NCBI GenBank assembly: GCA_963724765.1 | Contig: CAVRVY010000003.1 | Coordinates: 96,001 to 160,000 of the forward strand | Direction: 5' to 3' | Length of the DNA stretch: 64,000 bases | Source: an uncultured delta proteobacterium | GTDB lineage: Bacteria > Desulfobacterota > Binatia > Binatales > Binataceae | Part shown: one piece after another, positions 31,411-42,607 of the stretch | How the letters are laid out: the number at the start of each line of letters is the position of its first letter | Position numbering within the stretch: position 1 is the first letter of the stretch | The notes under the pieces: model-generated | The model's database searches: none | What the model saw: the letters and a program-made list of their open reading frames with translations, nothing else | What the model was told of the DNA's origin: nothing | Made by a program: the position numbers and the translations under genes

Positions 31411-31638
31411 TGGCATGCTTCCCTACATTATGGAGAAGCGATGAAATCGGCGCGTGGGGCGCGATTCACGCGCGGCCGTGGACGCGGAGAATGCCAACGG
31501 CAGGGGCTGAGCGTGAAAATCGCTTAGAATTCTCTGTTCGCGATTTTGGCATGTCCATCTGCGAACCGGCCGACATTTTGCGGAGAAGCGTTCTCGGGAA
31601 GAACGCTGCCTGACGCAAGCAACTACGCCCGCGTGAGT

Positions 31639-33327
31639 CTATCGGGATTCCAGAGCTTGCTGCTGCGCACTCCAGAGCGGAGGGAGTTCGATTCTCTGGG
31701 TCATCGCTAGAGTGCTGAGGTCTGCGGGCTGCCGGCCTTCGACGATCGCCTCGACAATCCTGGGCGCCAGGAACGCCAGCCGCATCACGCGCCGCACGTG
31801 ACGGGCCGTAAGATGTTCTCGCCTGGCTATCTCGCCGATCGACCGCGCCCGACCCGCCAACAGATCGTTGGACCATCGATACGCACGGGCGGTCGCGTCG
31901 AGCAGCGGTAGATCGATGCGTGCTAAGGATGCGGCGTCACCATCAATGATCAGCCGCATCTCAACGCCGCGCCGCTTCATCCGCATCGGGACGAATCGAC
32001 TTAGCGCGGGTTCGTTCGGAGTCGCGACATCACGCCCTTCATCGGACGAGATCGGCAATTTGATAGAAATCTGGATGCCGTCCTTCTTGAGTCCGACACG
32101 TTCGATCAGCCGGGTCAGTGCTGATGCAGCTTCCGCTTCGGATCGCAGACTTTGAATCCAAGCTTCGGCGACCTTGAAGATGGAAGGCAATCGGTTCGCA
32201 TCTATGTTGAGCTCCTCGATCGCTCCGGCGATTGCCGCTCGATCACTGAGAATCTGCTGAGTCGCGGCGCGAACGGCTCGTTCAAGCTCCGGTGCAGATA
32301 CGCGCCACCCGCGCCGCTCATCTTGTACCGACCCTCTGACCAATCCACGCGAGACGTAGTAACGATAGTGGCGCGTCCCCTTTACCGCGCCCTGCACATA
32401 CAGGGGCTCGCCGTTCTCGTCGAACAGTTTACCCGCGAGCGGGCTGGGCGGCGCCTTGGTTGGGCGTTCGCGATGCGTGGCGGCTTGATCGCGCAAGCGC
32501 AGTTGGACCTTCTCCCAGAGCTCGCGGCTCACTATTGGCTGGTGCTGCCCTGGATGGCGTTCCTTCTTGTGGCGGATCTCGCCGAGGTAGATCGGGTTCG
32601 ACAGCAGCTCATAAAGAGCTCCGCGCGAGAATTGCCGACCTCCAGATCGCACGCCGTTTTTCGACACCCGGACTTTGGAGACAATCTCGCGGCGCTTTAA
32701 ATCGTTTCTCAGGAGCCTGACGGAACCGAGTTCGAGATATCGCTCGTAGATGTGTTTCACTGTCACGGCTTCGGGCCGATTGACTACCAGCCGGCGATCG
32801 CGGACGTCGTAGCCCAGTGGCGATACCCCGCCCATCCACATTCCCTTGCGCTTGGAGGCGGCGATCTTGTCCCGGATCCGCTCGCCCGTTACTTCCCGCT
32901 CGAATTGCGCGAACGAAAGCAGGACATTCAGCGTGAGTCGGCCCATCGAAGTGGTCGTGTTGAATTGCTGCGTGACTGCAACAAACGAAACGCCGCGCGC
33001 GTCGAACACCTCGACCATCTTGGCGAAGTCGGCAAGCGAGCGCGTGAGGCGATCGACCTTGTAAACGACCACCACGTCGACGAGTCTCCGCCTGATATCT
33101 TCCAACAGGTGTTGAAGGGCGGGACGTTCCATCGTCCCGCCCGAAAGGCCGCCATCATCGTAGGCGGTCTTGATGAGCCGCCAGCCCTCGCCCGTCTGGC
33201 TCTTGATGAATGCCTCACACGCCTCGCGCTGCGCATGCAGGGAGTTGAAGTCCTGCTCCAGCCCTTCTTCGGAAGACTTCCGCGTGTAGACCGCGCAGCG
33301 TCGTGTTCGCGACCTAGCGTGTTCCAT
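31639..33327 (-). CDS. Large serine recombinase
   Basis: CAVYTRKSS catalytic motif, VYKVDRLTRS, FAQFEREVTGERIRDK, PLGYD, LSNPIYLG. Confidence 0.95.
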   Translation of the reverse strand: MEHARSRTRRCAVYTRKSSEEGLEQDFNSLHAQREACEAFIKSQTGEGWRLIKTAYDDGGLSGGTMERPALQHLLEDIRRRLVDVVVVYKVDRLTRSLADFAKMVEVFDARGVSFVAVTQQFNTTTSMGRLTLNVLLSFAQFEREVTGERIRDKIAASKRKGMWMGGVSPLGYDVRDRRLVVNRPEAVTVKHIYERYLELGSVRLLRNDLKRREIVSKVRVSKNGVRSGGRQFSRGALYELLSNPIYLGEIRHKKERHPGQHQPIVSRELWEKVQLRLRDQAATHRERPTKAPPSPLAGKLFDENGEPLYVQGAVKGTRHYRYYVSRGLVRGSVQDERRGWRVSAPELERAVRAATQQILSDRAAIAGAIEELNIDANRLPSIFKVAEAWIQSLRSEAEAASALTRLIERVGLKKDGIQISIKLPISSDEGRDVATPNEPALSRFVPMRMKRRGVEMRLIIDGDAASLARIDLPLLDATARAYRWSNDLLAGRARSIGEIARREHLTARHVRRVMRLAFLAPRIVEAIVEGRQPADLSTLAMTQRIELPPLWSAQQQALESR

Positions 33328-33808
33328 CGCGGCGTTCCTCTTGTGATCGCTTGAGGCCGAAGAACAACGGCCCCGACCATCGAGTCCCGGTGATCTCGCG
33401 CGCGACTCCCGAGAGCGAACGATAACGCTTGCTCCGGAAGCAAAATCCTTTTTCGAGAACGCTTACTTGACGGCTGATACCGCGCCATTCACGCACCAGC
33501 ACCGCGCCGGGCCGCACGATGCGAGACGGTTCCGCGGCCAAAGACGACTCGTTAGCGCCATCATGGGCCAACTCGGCCAGCACGCGTCGGGTTGAGGGCT
33601 TAAGACCGCCAAAAGCCTTTTCCTGGAGGCGATATGCGATCGCGCGCGTCAGGAACGATCGGCTGATATCGCGCGACGGCGCCTTTCCGAACATAGCTTT
33701 CCAGCGCTCGCGGAGTTCGTCGATGCCTAGCTTCGACAGGCTGGCAATTTCCGACGCGAGGGTTTCACGGTCCCGAACCTGTCGCTTCATAGTCGTTTCT
33801 CTCGACAC
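33314..33808 (-). CDS. DUF2924 protein
   Basis: AIAYRLQEKAFGGL, GAVLVREWRG, SLSGVAREITGTRWSGPLFFGL; overlaps the recombinase start. Confidence 0.9.
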   Translation of the reverse strand: MSRETTMKRQVRDRETLASEIASLSKLGIDELRERWKAMFGKAPSRDISRSFLTRAIAYRLQEKAFGGLKPSTRRVLAELAHDGANESSLAAEPSRIVRPGAVLVREWRGISRQVSVLEKGFCFRSKRYRSLSGVAREITGTRWSGPLFFGLKRSQEERRDGTR

Positions 33809-34156
33809 TTCTCGGCTTTCAACTCGGCTTCAAAACTCATATGTGCTCCTCCTTGAGCCGCGCTATTTGCTGCCCCAATGACACACACATTGCTCGATTC
33901 GCGACATACAGCCAGTCGTGCGCGGCGCGCGACTTGGGCATTTACGCTCTCATTAGACCTCGTTTTCTCTGCTGCGATTTCGCTGGTTTCATTCGCCTTC
34001 CAATCGCCTCGATCAGACTGTCGATTCGGGCCAATAGCCGGCTTCTCCCTTTTCTGCGCGAATGACGTTGGAAAAACCGGGGAAACCACTCGCTTCACGC
34101 GCCGACCAGAGCAAACATCCCGACGAGCCCTTACGGCTCAAGGAGATTTAGAGGGA

Positions 34157-34441
34157 ATGGAACACGCGAAACAGGCGAACGGAAGCGGGCATGAACTATC
34201 GATCGGACATTCTCCATCTTCGGCCGGGAAGAAAGCTGTCCGGAAAAAGGCTGAGTCCCCACGGCCGCTCCGGAAGGAGGCGGGCAGCAAGTCGAAATCA
34301 GGGAAACTGGGTTGCCGCTATTGCGGGAGCGATGACCTGGCTCCGAGTTTCATCAAGCGGCGGGATCGGCGATGCCGCAAGTGTTTCAGTAAACGCTATG
34401 GGTCGGCGGCCCGGGCGAGGAAGGCGAAGGTCAAGAAATAG
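34157..34441 (+). CDS. Small basic protein with CxxC...CxxC
   Basis: aggag/gaggg RBS; CRYCGSDDLAPSFIKRRDRRCRKC; followed by a terminator. Confidence 0.7.
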   Translation: MEHAKQANGSGHELSIGHSPSSAGKKAVRKKAESPRPLRKEAGSKSKSGKLGCRYCGSDDLAPSFIKRRDRRCRKCFSKRYGSAARARKAKVKK

Positions 34442-34464
34442 TTCGAACATGACTTCGGATGAGT

Positions 34465-34498
34465 GGCCGGGCTCGAAAGGGCTCGGCCCCTTTCGTTT
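34465..34498 (+). terminator. Intrinsic terminator
   Basis: ggccgggctc-gaaa-gggctcggcc hairpin followed by tttcgttt. Confidence 0.65.
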
Positions 34499-34642
34499 AA
34501 GGCTTGGTCTAGGAGCGAGGCTCTACGAAACTGGTAACACTTCGCCCTTCAAGTTGTCCAAATAGGCTGCGGCCTTTGGGAGTCGGTTGCACGCTATTCG
34601 ATAGCGCCCAGAATCTCATGCACTCAGGGAGGTTGCCTCCGT

Positions 34643-36357
34643 ATGTATCGCGACGTGGTGCAATGGTCGAAGATCCGACATCGGATTCTGGTGAAAGGCG
34701 ACTCGCGTCGCCAGGTTGCCCGCGAGACTGGCATCAGCACGAATACCATCGACAAGATGCTTGCCCATCGCCACCCGCTCCCATATGGGCCAAGAAGCCA
34801 TAGATATCCAAGGCTAGGGGCACACGTGGCCTCGATCCGCCGGATGCTCCAGAAGAACGCTGGTCTCCCGCCCTCGGCCCGGCTCTCAGTCAAGGACATT
34901 TACGAACGGGTTCGTGATGAGGAAGGCTTCCTCGGTGGATACAGCACGGTGAGCGACTATGTTCGTCCGCCCGCGAGCGATGAAGACTGCATCTGGAAAC
35001 AACCTTACGATTTGCTGATATTGCTCGAGAAGAAGCGTGTGCTCGACTTTTTAGTCTTGCTTTCTTGCGCCGATCCACCCGTCATCTCGCCGGCTCGAAA
35101 AAAGCAGTTCTTTCATGATGTCGGTCGGGTGATCGGCATCAACCCGAAGCCCAACAACAGAGCAGCGCTCCGAAGCGCCGCGTTCGAGTGGATGCGCTCC
35201 GTCCTTCAGAAGGAAATCAGCGACGACGCCCTGCGTCGCGAGATAGGTGACCTGCCCGACCTCAACCGCTTGCTACGCCGCCTGTATGAAGGACGCCTAT
35301 CCGATCGCAACCGGGTCAATGGTCGTTCTGGCGAGCCGACGCGGTCTGAGCAGCCGAATGATCTGCAGTTTTCTCGATATCGACAATAAATCCTGTCGAA
35401 AATATCTTCAGAGCTTCGAGCGCGGGGATTATACAGAGTTATTCGCGCTTCAAATCAAGCCTAACCGGAAGTTCGACGATGAGGTGATCAAGAAGGCGAT
35501 CTTCGGCCTCATGCACGAGCCCCCGTCCAATCACGGCATCAATCGCACGACTTGGATCATGGCCGACCTGTCTCGGGTACTGAGAGAAACAGGCAGACCC
35601 GCCTGCCCCGACGTGATCCGGAAGATCACGAAAGCAGCGGGATACCGCTGGCGCAAGGCTCGAGTCGTACTAACATCGAGCGACCCCGAATACTCCAAGA
35701 AACTCGATCGCATCCGCTCGATCCTCTCCGGGCTTTGTCCGGACGAAGCGTTCTTCTCGATCGACGAATTCGGTCCCTTCGCCGTGAAGATGAAGCCTGG
35801 CCGCACACTCACTGCCCCCGGCGAGCAGCGCATTGTGCCGCAGTGGCAGAAATCCCGCGGCTCTCTGATCCTGACGGCGGCGCTTGAGCTGTCCGGCAAC
35901 CAAGTCACCCACTTCTACAGCGCGAACAAAAATACAACCGAGATGATCCGAATGATGGAGCTTCTGGTCGAGCAATATCGCGACCGGCGGAAGGTGTATC
36001 TCTCATGGGATGCAGCCTCCTGGCACATCTCGAAGCGATTGTTTGAGCATGTCGAAAGCCTTAATGCGGTTGCCGCTAGGGGCGCTGCACCGATCATCGA
36101 GACCGTTCCATTGCCGTCAGGTGCTCAGTTCCTGAATGATTGAATCCGTCTTCAGCGGGATGGCTCGCGCGATCATCCACAACAGTGACTACCAGACACT
36201 CGATGACGCGAAGACAGCGATCAATCGATACTTTGAAGAACGGAACGCGCACTTTAGGCAGCATCCCAGAAGAGCCGGAAAGAAGATCTGGGGCAAGGAG
36301 CGCGCACCCGCCACTTTTTCCGAAGCAAACAATTGCAAGGATTCACGTTACCGGTAA
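34643..36357 (+). pseudogene. IS630-like transposase with IstA-like N-terminal HTH, two frameshifts
   Basis: SRRQVARETGISTNTIDKML; FFSIDEFGP, LSWDAASWH, FLN/IESVF; breaks near 35315 and 36138. Confidence 0.75.
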
Positions 36358-36998
36358 CGGTGGCTACTTGCCTCGGTCATCGATCAAAATGCATTCTCAA
36401 ACGGGCGCCGGCTATGGTCGTCAGCTCGACGATTCTTGATGGCTTACTGACCGCTGCATAAGTCGCCTGTCAGTTCGAATTTGACTCGCTCCGCCATGCA
36501 GTCTCAGGTTTGAGGCATTCTCCTGGGATGACCGCAAAAAAGCGCGCGTGTGGGGCCGATGCGCGCGCCTCACCGGCACCAGAGAGACCTCACATGTCGA
36601 GTTATGCCGCGTGACTTCGATTTTCTCTCCGTGGGCGATCGGCTATGTCTTGCTCATTGAACAAGTCCGGGCGATGCTCGATAACGATTTTCTCCAGGCT
36701 CAGGCCGCCCCGTCGCTTGGACCGCTGAGCGCATTGTCGCGGTACAGCGGCAACGGGCGCACGAGCAGGCGCTGGCGTCGGTCAAGCCTAGGAGGTACCG
36801 CCGGCACGGCCGACGCTGAAGGACAGGTGGTGCTCGGACTTGGTGCACCGACGCAATCGCAACCAACACCTTGTCCCAAGGGCCTCACTGGCCTCCGTTT
36901 TCCCGCGCCTAGCCGAGCCGGCGCGACGGTTATGGCCATGCTCGCTGGCAAGGCCGTCGAAGTAGGCGGCGCACCGGCACAACTTTGTCCCGGCTGAA

Positions 36999-37373
36999 TT
37001 AGAATGAATTTCCGATTTCAATAATGTAGCCGTCCGGGTCGGCGAAATAAGCGTAGGCAACACCGGGCGCGTGTTCGCCGCGGCTCAGCAGTTTTCCACC
37101 AGCTCGTTCGACCTGCTCCACGCCATCATCCAGCTGGCCCTTGTCGGTGAGTGCGAAGCCGAAATGCGACACACCGCCGCCTCCAATCGGCTCACTCTTG
37201 TCGACTTCGCAGAGCGTGATTGTGTCGTGGACGCCTGGCGAGCCGAGGAATACCATCCGCTGGCCTTCCCAAAATTTGACCTCAAGGCCGAATGCCTCCT
37301 GGTAGAACCTGCGTGAGCGTTGGATGTCACTGACGTTCAGGTTGATGTGATTAAGTCCGCGCGACTTGACCAT
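36999..37373 (-). CDS. VOC/glyoxalase family protein
   Basis: LNHINLNVSD..SRRFY, SHFGF, YFADPDGYIIE. Confidence 0.92.
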   Translation of the reverse strand: MVKSRGLNHINLNVSDIQRSRRFYQEAFGLEVKFWEGQRMVFLGSPGVHDTITLCEVDKSEPIGGGGVSHFGFALTDKGQLDDGVEQVERAGGKLLSRGEHAPGVAYAYFADPDGYIIEIGNSF

Positions 37374-37529
37374 AGGTTGGCCTCCTGAACTCGGCGTCCC
37401 GCGACTCACGCTCTCGCCCTGCGTTTGCTATTTTGCACGCTAGAGCGCGCGATCGGAATCGCGGAGCGGATCCCTAAGCGGACCGCGTATGGAGGCGTAT
37501 ACCTGGGGCGTGCGAGCGTCGGGCCTCGT

Positions 37530-38309
37530 TCATTTTCGATACTTGCCGAAATCCGGCTTGCGCCGCTCCATGAAGGCGTTGCGCCCTTCCATCGATTCCT
37601 CATTGCCGTAGTACAGCCCAAGCGCGGTCATCCCGAGCGCGCCGATTCCCTTGACGTGATCGGTTTCGGCATTGAACGAAGCCTTGGCGATCCGAAGCGC
37701 GGTCGGGCTCATCGCGAGCATCTCGCGCGCCCACGCGCACGCCTCATCCATCAGTTGCGCTGCGGGGACGACCTTGTTTACCAGTCCCATCGCGAGCGCC
37801 TCCTCGGCCGAGTACTGGCGGCAGAGATACCAGATCTCTCTCGCCTTCTTTTCGCCTATCAGGCGCGTCAGGTACGCGGTGCCAAAGCCCGGGTCGACGC
37901 TGCCGACGCGCGGCCCAACCTGTCCGAAGCGGGCCGTGTCGGCGGCGATCGTGAGATCGCATACGACGTGCAGAACGTGGCCGCCGCCGATGGCGTAGCC
38001 GTTGACCGCGGCGATGACGGGCTTCGGGATGTCGCGGATGATTGCGTGGAATTCGTCAACATTCATCCCGCCCTGGTAACCGCCGCCGCTGCGAATCGAC
38101 TGATCGCCTCCGGAACTGAACGCGCGTCCCGCGCCGGTCAGAATGACGACCCCGATCGTGCGGTCGTACCATGCGTCGCGAAATGCGTCGATCATCTCGT
38201 GCACGGTCTTTCCTCGAAACGCGTTGAGGACGTCGGGCCGGTTCATCGTTACGGTCGCGATGCCTTCGGCCTTGTCATAGATGATGTCTTCGTACGGCAT
38301 TGGATTCAC
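37530..38309 (-). CDS. Crotonase family, 2-ketocyclohexanecarboxyl-CoA hydrolase (BadI)/MenB-like
   Basis: FSSGGDQS, GYAIGGGHVLHVVCD, GSVDPGFGT (BadI-type rather than MenB GSFD). Confidence 0.8.
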   Translation of the reverse strand: MNPMPYEDIIYDKAEGIATVTMNRPDVLNAFRGKTVHEMIDAFRDAWYDRTIGVVILTGAGRAFSSGGDQSIRSGGGYQGGMNVDEFHAIIRDIPKPVIAAVNGYAIGGGHVLHVVCDLTIAADTARFGQVGPRVGSVDPGFGTAYLTRLIGEKKAREIWYLCRQYSAEEALAMGLVNKVVPAAQLMDEACAWAREMLAMSPTALRIAKASFNAETDHVKGIGALGMTALGLYYGNEESMEGRNAFMERRKPDFGKYRK

Positions 38310-38584
38310 TCCCCGGGTTGGCGCGCGGCGATTTCAATTTCGGTCGGCGGGCGCGCGATGCCAATTCTCTGGCGGACTCTACGCCAAATCGGTCACACGA
38401 GCTCTTCGCGCGCGGCAGCCAGGTAGTCCGGTCCTTGCCGCCGGCGTCGAGCGCCTGCAGGACGTCGAGGCGATCAGGAGATCCGCTACGGACGACAGAA
38501 CGAGCCAGCGGCTTGGCGCGGACCACGACCACAGGCGTTGGCGTTCACGAAGGGCGTAGAGCGCAGCGCGGAGACCGGCGTTAC

Positions 38585-39658
38585 TCATGATACGGCCTCG
38601 GCTTTCAGGACGAGGCGGCCGGTGACCTTGCCGTCACGCAGGCGCATCAGTGCTTCGTAGGCGCGGCTCTGCGGCACCGTGGCGACCGGCAGCGCCGGCA
38701 GCTCGCCATCCTGAGCGAGCTTGACCAGCTCCCGCAGTTCCTTTGGGTTGCCGACATAGCTGCCCTGAACGGTCAGCGCGCGGATCGCCATGATCGGCAG
38801 CGGCAGCATCAGTTCGCCGCCGAACAGGCCGACCTGGATCAGCTTGCCACCCTTCGCCAAGGCGCTGAAGGCGAAGCGAGCGGTGGCGGTGCCGTTCACC
38901 AGATCGATCACGGCAAGCACCGGGCCGCCAGCGGCTTCGATGATGCGCTTGGTCACGGTCGGGCCGTCGCCGCTGCCGTCCACCACCTTGTGCGCACCGG
39001 CCTTCAGCGCCGCATCGCGCTTTTCGGCGCTGACATCGACGCTGATGATGTTCTGATGCTTCAACGCCTTCAGCACCGCGATCGCGTTCAGGCCCAATCC
39101 GCCCGCGCCCACCAGCACGATCGGCTGCGTCGGGGTTAGCGGCATCGCCTTTTTGATGGCGGAAAAGACCGTGATGCCGGAGCAGGCATAGGTCGCGGCG
39201 ACCGCGGGATCAAGCGTGCCAGGATCGACCAGATGACGTGGATGCGGGGCAACGACGTGCGTGCCGTAGCCGCCGTTCTGGTATACGCCCAGGCTGCGGT
39301 TCGCGACCGCGCACATGTTGTCCTCTTCGGCCAGGCATTTCTCGCATTTGCCGCAGCCCAGCCACGGGAAGACGATGCGCAGGTCACCGACCTTCACACC
39401 CTTCGCATCAGGACCCAGCTTCACCACGCGGCCGACGATCTCGTGCCCCATTGCCAGCGGCAGGACCACGCCACGATCGGTCAGCGACATCCTCTGGCCG
39501 CCGCCGACGTCGTAATAGCCCTCCCAGATATGCAGGTCGGAGTGGCAGACCCCACAATGCGTGACTTCGAGGAGGATCTCGGTGCCCGTCGGCTCCGGCG
39601 TCGGCAACTCGATTTCCTTCAGGGGCTGCCCGTTTTCTACCACGGCCCATGCGCGCAT
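38585..39658 (-). CDS. Zn-dependent alcohol dehydrogenase
   Basis: CHSD, GHE, CxxCxxC...C, GAGGLG. Confidence 0.95.
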   Translation of the reverse strand: MRAWAVVENGQPLKEIELPTPEPTGTEILLEVTHCGVCHSDLHIWEGYYDVGGGQRMSLTDRGVVLPLAMGHEIVGRVVKLGPDAKGVKVGDLRIVFPWLGCGKCEKCLAEEDNMCAVANRSLGVYQNGGYGTHVVAPHPRHLVDPGTLDPAVAATYACSGITVFSAIKKAMPLTPTQPIVLVGAGGLGLNAIAVLKALKHQNIISVDVSAEKRDAALKAGAHKVVDGSGDGPTVTKRIIEAAGGPVLAVIDLVNGTATARFAFSALAKGGKLIQVGLFGGELMLPLPIMAIRALTVQGSYVGNPKELRELVKLAQDGELPALPVATVPQSRAYEALMRLRDGKVTGRLVLKAEAVS

Positions 39659-39738
39659 GTTTGTCTCCTGCTTTCTGACGTTTGCTAGATGGATAGCGCG
39701 TGGCGCGGATTAAGCAAGACCGGGCTCTGCCGGTTAGA

Positions 39739-39840
39739 ATGGTGGCGGCCATCGCTGTCGTGGTCTATGGCATCTACGCGGCTATGGGCAATAACATCGG
39801 TTCACTCGCCAGTGGCGTCGATTCCGCTCTGACCAAACGT
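39739..39840 (+). pseudogene. Flp pilin fragment
   Basis: AAIAVVVYGIYAAMGNNIGSLASGVDSAL; the N-terminal G-xx-EY motif is missing. Confidence 0.45.
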
Positions 39841-40322
39841 GTAAAGGCAGGATTAGTCTGGCTAGTGCCGTTGGTGTTCGGCCCTGCATTCGCTCCGGTC
39901 TCCGGTAATCTGCGCCCGCGCCAGCGCCGGGATCGTGAGCAGCGCGAGAAGTAGAAGCGAACTTAGCCAACGCACGATCAGCATGCCGGGTAAGCGAAAA
40001 CGGACTGCGGGCGCAGGAGCGCCAGGCGCCGCGATCACGAGCAAAGAACCGATCCAACGCTTCATTACCATCCCCCTTGCCGATAGCCCCAATCGCCACC
40101 GAATCTGCCGGGGCGAAGGCCGCGTTATCGCGTTATAATGGTTCGTGATCTGCATCGTGGAGAGCGGGTAAGTATAAAAAGCCACGTCCGCGATGATGAT
40201 CCCGGAGGTCGTGTACCCGTTGCCGTTATCCAATCCCGAACTGAACCCGCCGCCGCCTGTGCTCGGGGAACCTCCGCCCGATTCCGCCACGCCCGATCCG
40301 CCGTCCACGCGCGCGCGTTCGC

Positions 40323-40799
40323 GTGGACGGCTGCACTGATCGGAGCGGCATCACCGGCGTGATGCGCGCGGCGTTCGATTGCGCGCTGAATTTCGCACGG
40401 ACCGACAAACGATCCGGGCCGGTGCCGGTGATCGAGTACCAGAATGTCGGCTACATGCTGGCGGATCTGAAAATGAGAATCGAAGCGGCGCGCTATCTCA
40501 CCTGGAAGGCGTGCCATTACTTCGATGCCACCGGCGGGCTCGGCGAGGAACTTCCGATCATCACCAAGGTATATTGCTCGGAGCTTGCGGTGCAGGTTGT
40601 GTACGACGCGATGCGGCTGGTAGGTGCCGACAGCTACACCGACATGCAGCCGCTGACGGGGCTGATGCAGGACGCGCTCGCCTTTCCTCTCTACGACGGC
40701 GGCAACATGGGCGTCAGGCGCCGGCAATTGCGCGCGATCTTCCGCACGCCGGGGTACGATCCGATGGCGGCCACGGAGGGGCGGCCACCGACGCGCTGA
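40323..40799 (+). pseudogene. Acyl-CoA dehydrogenase C-terminal fragment
   Basis: YQNVGYMLADLKMRIEAAR, AMRLVGADSY, LYDGGNMGVRRRQL. Confidence 0.8.
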
Positions 40800-40921
40800 C
40801 CCGGCAGCGCTAGGGGTTGCGTTGCGGCTCGAGCGGCAGGCTCGCCCGTCCCGGTCAGCGCGGACGAGTCGCTATGCACCGTGCCCATCGGTTAGACGCG
40901 GCGCCTGGCGACTCATTGGCA

Positions 40922-41203
40922 TCAGAAATCGGCGGGGACAGACTTCAGCAACTTGCGGTCCGCTGGGCTGAGCGCAGCGTTGGCCTGGTCGAATGCGCGT
41001 TGCGCCTCACGGCACTCCTGCAGGGCGGCCGCGACCGCTGAGCCGTCCGGCCAGCTGTTCGGGTCGAAAGGCGTTGTCGACGGCCCATCCCTGAGCGACC
41101 TCAGCAACCTCTCGGCCTTGTCCAACATATCCGAGAGCTGTTCTTCCGCGTCGGTCGCACGTGCCTTCGCTTTCAACCAGGCTAGAACTTGTTCGTCCGG
41201 CAT
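40922..41203 (-). CDS. Small helical hypothetical protein
   Basis: 93-aa ORF with gaggga RBS. Confidence 0.5.
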   Translation of the reverse strand: MPDEQVLAWLKAKARATDAEEQLSDMLDKAERLLRSLRDGPSTTPFDPNSWPDGSAVAAALQECREAQRAFDQANAALSPADRKLLKSVPADF

Positions 41204-41350
41204 TTTTAGATCCCTCTTCGCGGTAGGTATCTTCGACGAACGTGGCGATTAAAATAATCTTTCTCGGAACGGAAGGAAAAAGAAAAGTGCAGACCCTCTC
41301 GGATCCGCCCTCATCGGCCCGGGAAGCCCTTCGCGGGGGACAGGACAGGC

Positions 41351-41508
41351 TCGACACTACTTTTGCCCAAGGTGCGGTGTGGCGGTTTTGCGTAATCCCC
41401 GCACTTCACCCGATACTAAATTTTCGGTCAATGTCCGCTGTCTTGCGGGGGTTGACGTGTCGAAGCTAAAGGTCACGCAATTCGATGGTCGCAACAAGCT
41501 TAAGGTTT
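41351..41508 (+). pseudogene. GFA/Mss4-like protein C-terminal fragment
   Basis: RHYFCPRCGV...SVNVRCLAGVD...FDGRN. Confidence 0.6.
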
Positions 41509-41689
41509 AAGGAAAGATCGTCGCAGCTCTAAACTCAAACCGTAACGTAGTGATGATGCTTCCCCCCTGGCCAACGATCGCCAATCGGAGATGGCCGCTT
41601 CGCGGATTCAAGTCCAGATCTACTCCCGTAGCCGATGAGCAGGGACAAGTGCCTGTGAGCACTTTGTCAGCATCATCCAAGGAGACGCC

Positions 41690-41794
41690 GAGAAAGCTGT
41701 CTTCGCATCTTTTGCTGCCATATTTCACAATTGCCCGAATTGCCGCATTGAGTCCCGGACAATCTCCACCGCCAGTCAGTACGCCTATCTTCAT
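41690..41794 (-). pseudogene. pfkA: 6-phosphofructokinase N-terminal fragment
   Basis: [23 protein letters not shown], after which homology is lost. Confidence 0.75.
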
Positions 41795-42607
41795 AGCCCC
41801 TCCTTCTTTGATGCAGATTGTTGCCTGTTACGTAGGAAAAATACACGGGGTTTCGCGATTTGAAGCCGGCGATAGCCTAAAGAACGCACCGAAAAGGCCG
41901 GAGTCATAAGGGCTCCACGCTTGCCGGCTTGACCAGCACCATCGCATTCAGGCAATACGGCCGGCCACAACGGATAGAGCGGGACCCCAGACTGCTGCGC
42001 GACTGGCGCGGCGCCCAACATCAAGTGATCGTCCGTGAGCACGGCGTCGAGTTTCAGGGGGAGACGACGCTCCAACAAAAAAATTAAAGCGGAAGCGCCA
42101 TGAAAGGTTCCTATTGCTCGCTTTCCTTGGTCGATGGGCGATTGGAGGGCGAATGGGGGCCGGCGAAATCGCAGAAGAAAACTAGATTCAGTAATAGCGG
42201 GAGTTGGCCGAAGGGCACCGGCTCGGTTCCTCGACAGAGAGAATCGAGCATTAATTACCTGCTGCTGGCCGAAACTGAGATTCTCCGGTGGGCGCCCCCT
42301 CTCAGACGCGCTGGACGCGCGCGGAGAAAGAGCAGATCGACGCTCGACCACGACATCGACCAGCCTGCCGCGCTCCCGAGAAGGGTTTTACTTATCGGGA
42401 GTATCTTCGCCGACGTCCGATCCCGGCAACTTGCCAGCTTTGGGCAAACTTGTCACCCGATGCCGAATCTCACCAGTCACTACCATTTGTAGCAGGACTC
42501 GGTCCGTGTTGGGGGGCAACGCACGCCTGAACTCAATCTTGTTCCGAATGCTGAAGGGTTTGGACTCAGCTAATGCCCGGATAGCGACGGTGGTAGTAAC
42601 CGTCGAG

